A stretch of 64,000 nt of DNA from Eukaryota sp. GEM-RC1 (taxonomy: Eukaryota): NCBI GenBank assembly GCA_040285855.1, contig JAUFOQ010000002.1, positions 372,001 through 436,000 of the forward strand, in the 5' to 3' direction. Shown piece by piece: positions 62,820 through 64,000 of this stretch. Position numbers and translations under genes: made by a program. Below the pieces are notes generated by a model, which saw only the letters and a program-made list of their open reading frames with translations, had not been told where the DNA came from and did no database searches. Positions within the stretch are counted from its first letter, which is position 1; each line of letters opens with the position of its first letter.

Positions 62820-62996
62820 TCCTATACCTATACATATAATGTCCTTTCTCTATGCCAGCCAGTATAGAGGTACTTGATGTCATAATAACTAAAAAACTTT
62901 CTGGTAAAGAGTATTCTATTACTCTAAACATGTATTCATCAGCTGAAAAAACTTCTTCTGTTTATAAACAAAAGACAATAAATAAAACACACTAAT

Positions 62997-64000
62997 CTAA
63001 TCATCATACAATACAATATACACGACGTAACACAAATACACCAAGAAGAAAATATAGCCAAGCCTATGCGTAAGCTGGAAGGAGTTGAGGAACAACGCAA
63101 CCACAATAAAAACAGCAACCAACAGCACAATAAACGAATTCCACACGAGTTTGACATCAACCATATAGATTGGCGAACCAGTAATCAAAGTAGACATCAA
63201 CCAAGGCACACCCATGGCAACAAGGATTGAGAAGACGTTAGCTCCAAGGGCATTTCCCAAAGCACTATTAGCACGTCCCTTTCGAATCTGAATGATACTA
63301 CCAAAAGCTTCCGGAAGACTTGACAGCGGGGCAAGAAGAATTGTTCCAAGGATAGCTGGACTCATTCCAATGAAGCAACCTAGACGAGTGACTATCTCAA
63401 CAACTAGAATTTCCATTCCAGCTAGAATAGCGAGACTAATAATGGCAGTAACTATGTACCATTGTTTCCACCTTGGTTTAGAGCAATCTGGAACGATGAT
63501 GTGTAGAATAGCTGTTGCAGGCTTCAAAGCAATATCAACAATAAGCGAGAGAATTGAGGCAACTTTAACATTGGGATTCGGTATGTCATCAAAATCGTCA
63601 TCTATGGCTATGTAATGTGAGTCAACAACATCAGAAGGAAGAGAATTGACCTTTGAATCAGATGTTGTTACTGTATTCTTCCGCAAGGGTTTCTGTATTA
63701 TTTCCTCGTCTTGTTCTAGAAGTGCCTTCAGTTCAGGCGTGAGATCTTGGGTGAATGCATATCTTTCACCACCAGATTTGTTAATGATTCTATCGTACAC
63801 GATAACAAAGACCAAATAAACGACATAAACTGCAAAGAGAAGTGTGCACTCTATCCATGTAATTTGATCGTCGCGAAGAACAACTAAGAGGAGAAAGTTC
63901 GACAGGATCCAGAAAGCAACATCCCGAATAAGGTATCTTGCTTCAACTCTCAGTACACCAGTGGTTGACAAACAAGCCACACCAGTCCCGATTAAGCCGT
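62997..64000 (-). CDS. Na/Ca(-K) exchanger (CaCA family), 5' truncated by the window edge
   Basis: RDVAFW and the alpha-2 repeat SSLPEAFGS...ALGNALGANVFSIL..GVPW. Confidence 0.88.
   Translation of the reverse strand, partial: GLIGTGVACLSTTGVLRVEARYLIRDVAFWILSNFLLLVVLRDDQITWIECTLLFAVYVVYLVFVIVYDRIINKSGGERYAFTQDLTPELKALLEQDEEIIQKPLRKNTVTTSDSKVNSLPSDVVDSHYIAIDDDFDDIPNPNVKVASILSLIVDIALKPATAILHIIVPDCSKPRWKQWYIVTAIISLAILAGMEILVVEIVTRLGCFIGMSPAILGTILLAPLSSLPEAFGSIIQIRKGRANSALGNALGANVFSILVAMGVPWLMSTLITGSPIYMVDVKLVWNSFIVLLVAVFIVVALFLNSFQLTHRLGYIFFLVYLCYVVYIVLYDD

Overview
Gene-dense, AT-rich microbial eukaryote (protist) genomic DNA in the standard genetic code. It has very short intergenic spacers and tiny 27-32 nt GT-AG introns; a metamonad-like origin is only a guess. 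Positions 1-21.8 kb are largely accessory. They hold nested non-autonomous hAT DNA transposons with intact 8-bp target-site duplications, decayed RLE-type (CRE-like) non-LTR retrotransposons, a bacterial-looking HhH-GPD gene, and a family of RG-rich two-TM membrane proteins with a fast-diverging ectodomain. The rest is mostly housekeeping: VPS37, eIF3a, ELMOD, acyl-CoA synthetase, MMPL transporter, M16 peptidase, an H2A/H2B/H3/H4 cluster, F-box/LRR, GNAT, UTP15, USP, KAE1, WDR62-like, CK2alpha, SPP, E2F-like and NCKX. The strongest unannotated signal is a conserved 16-nt, 6-bp-stem/4-nt-loop hairpin just after the stop codon of all four histone genes (metazoan-style histone stem-loop geometry, different sequence), with a shared upstream motif. 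Many genes carry single-base indels of both signs, mostly in homopolymers, which look like long-read assembly errors. All calls were made by eye; no searches were run.
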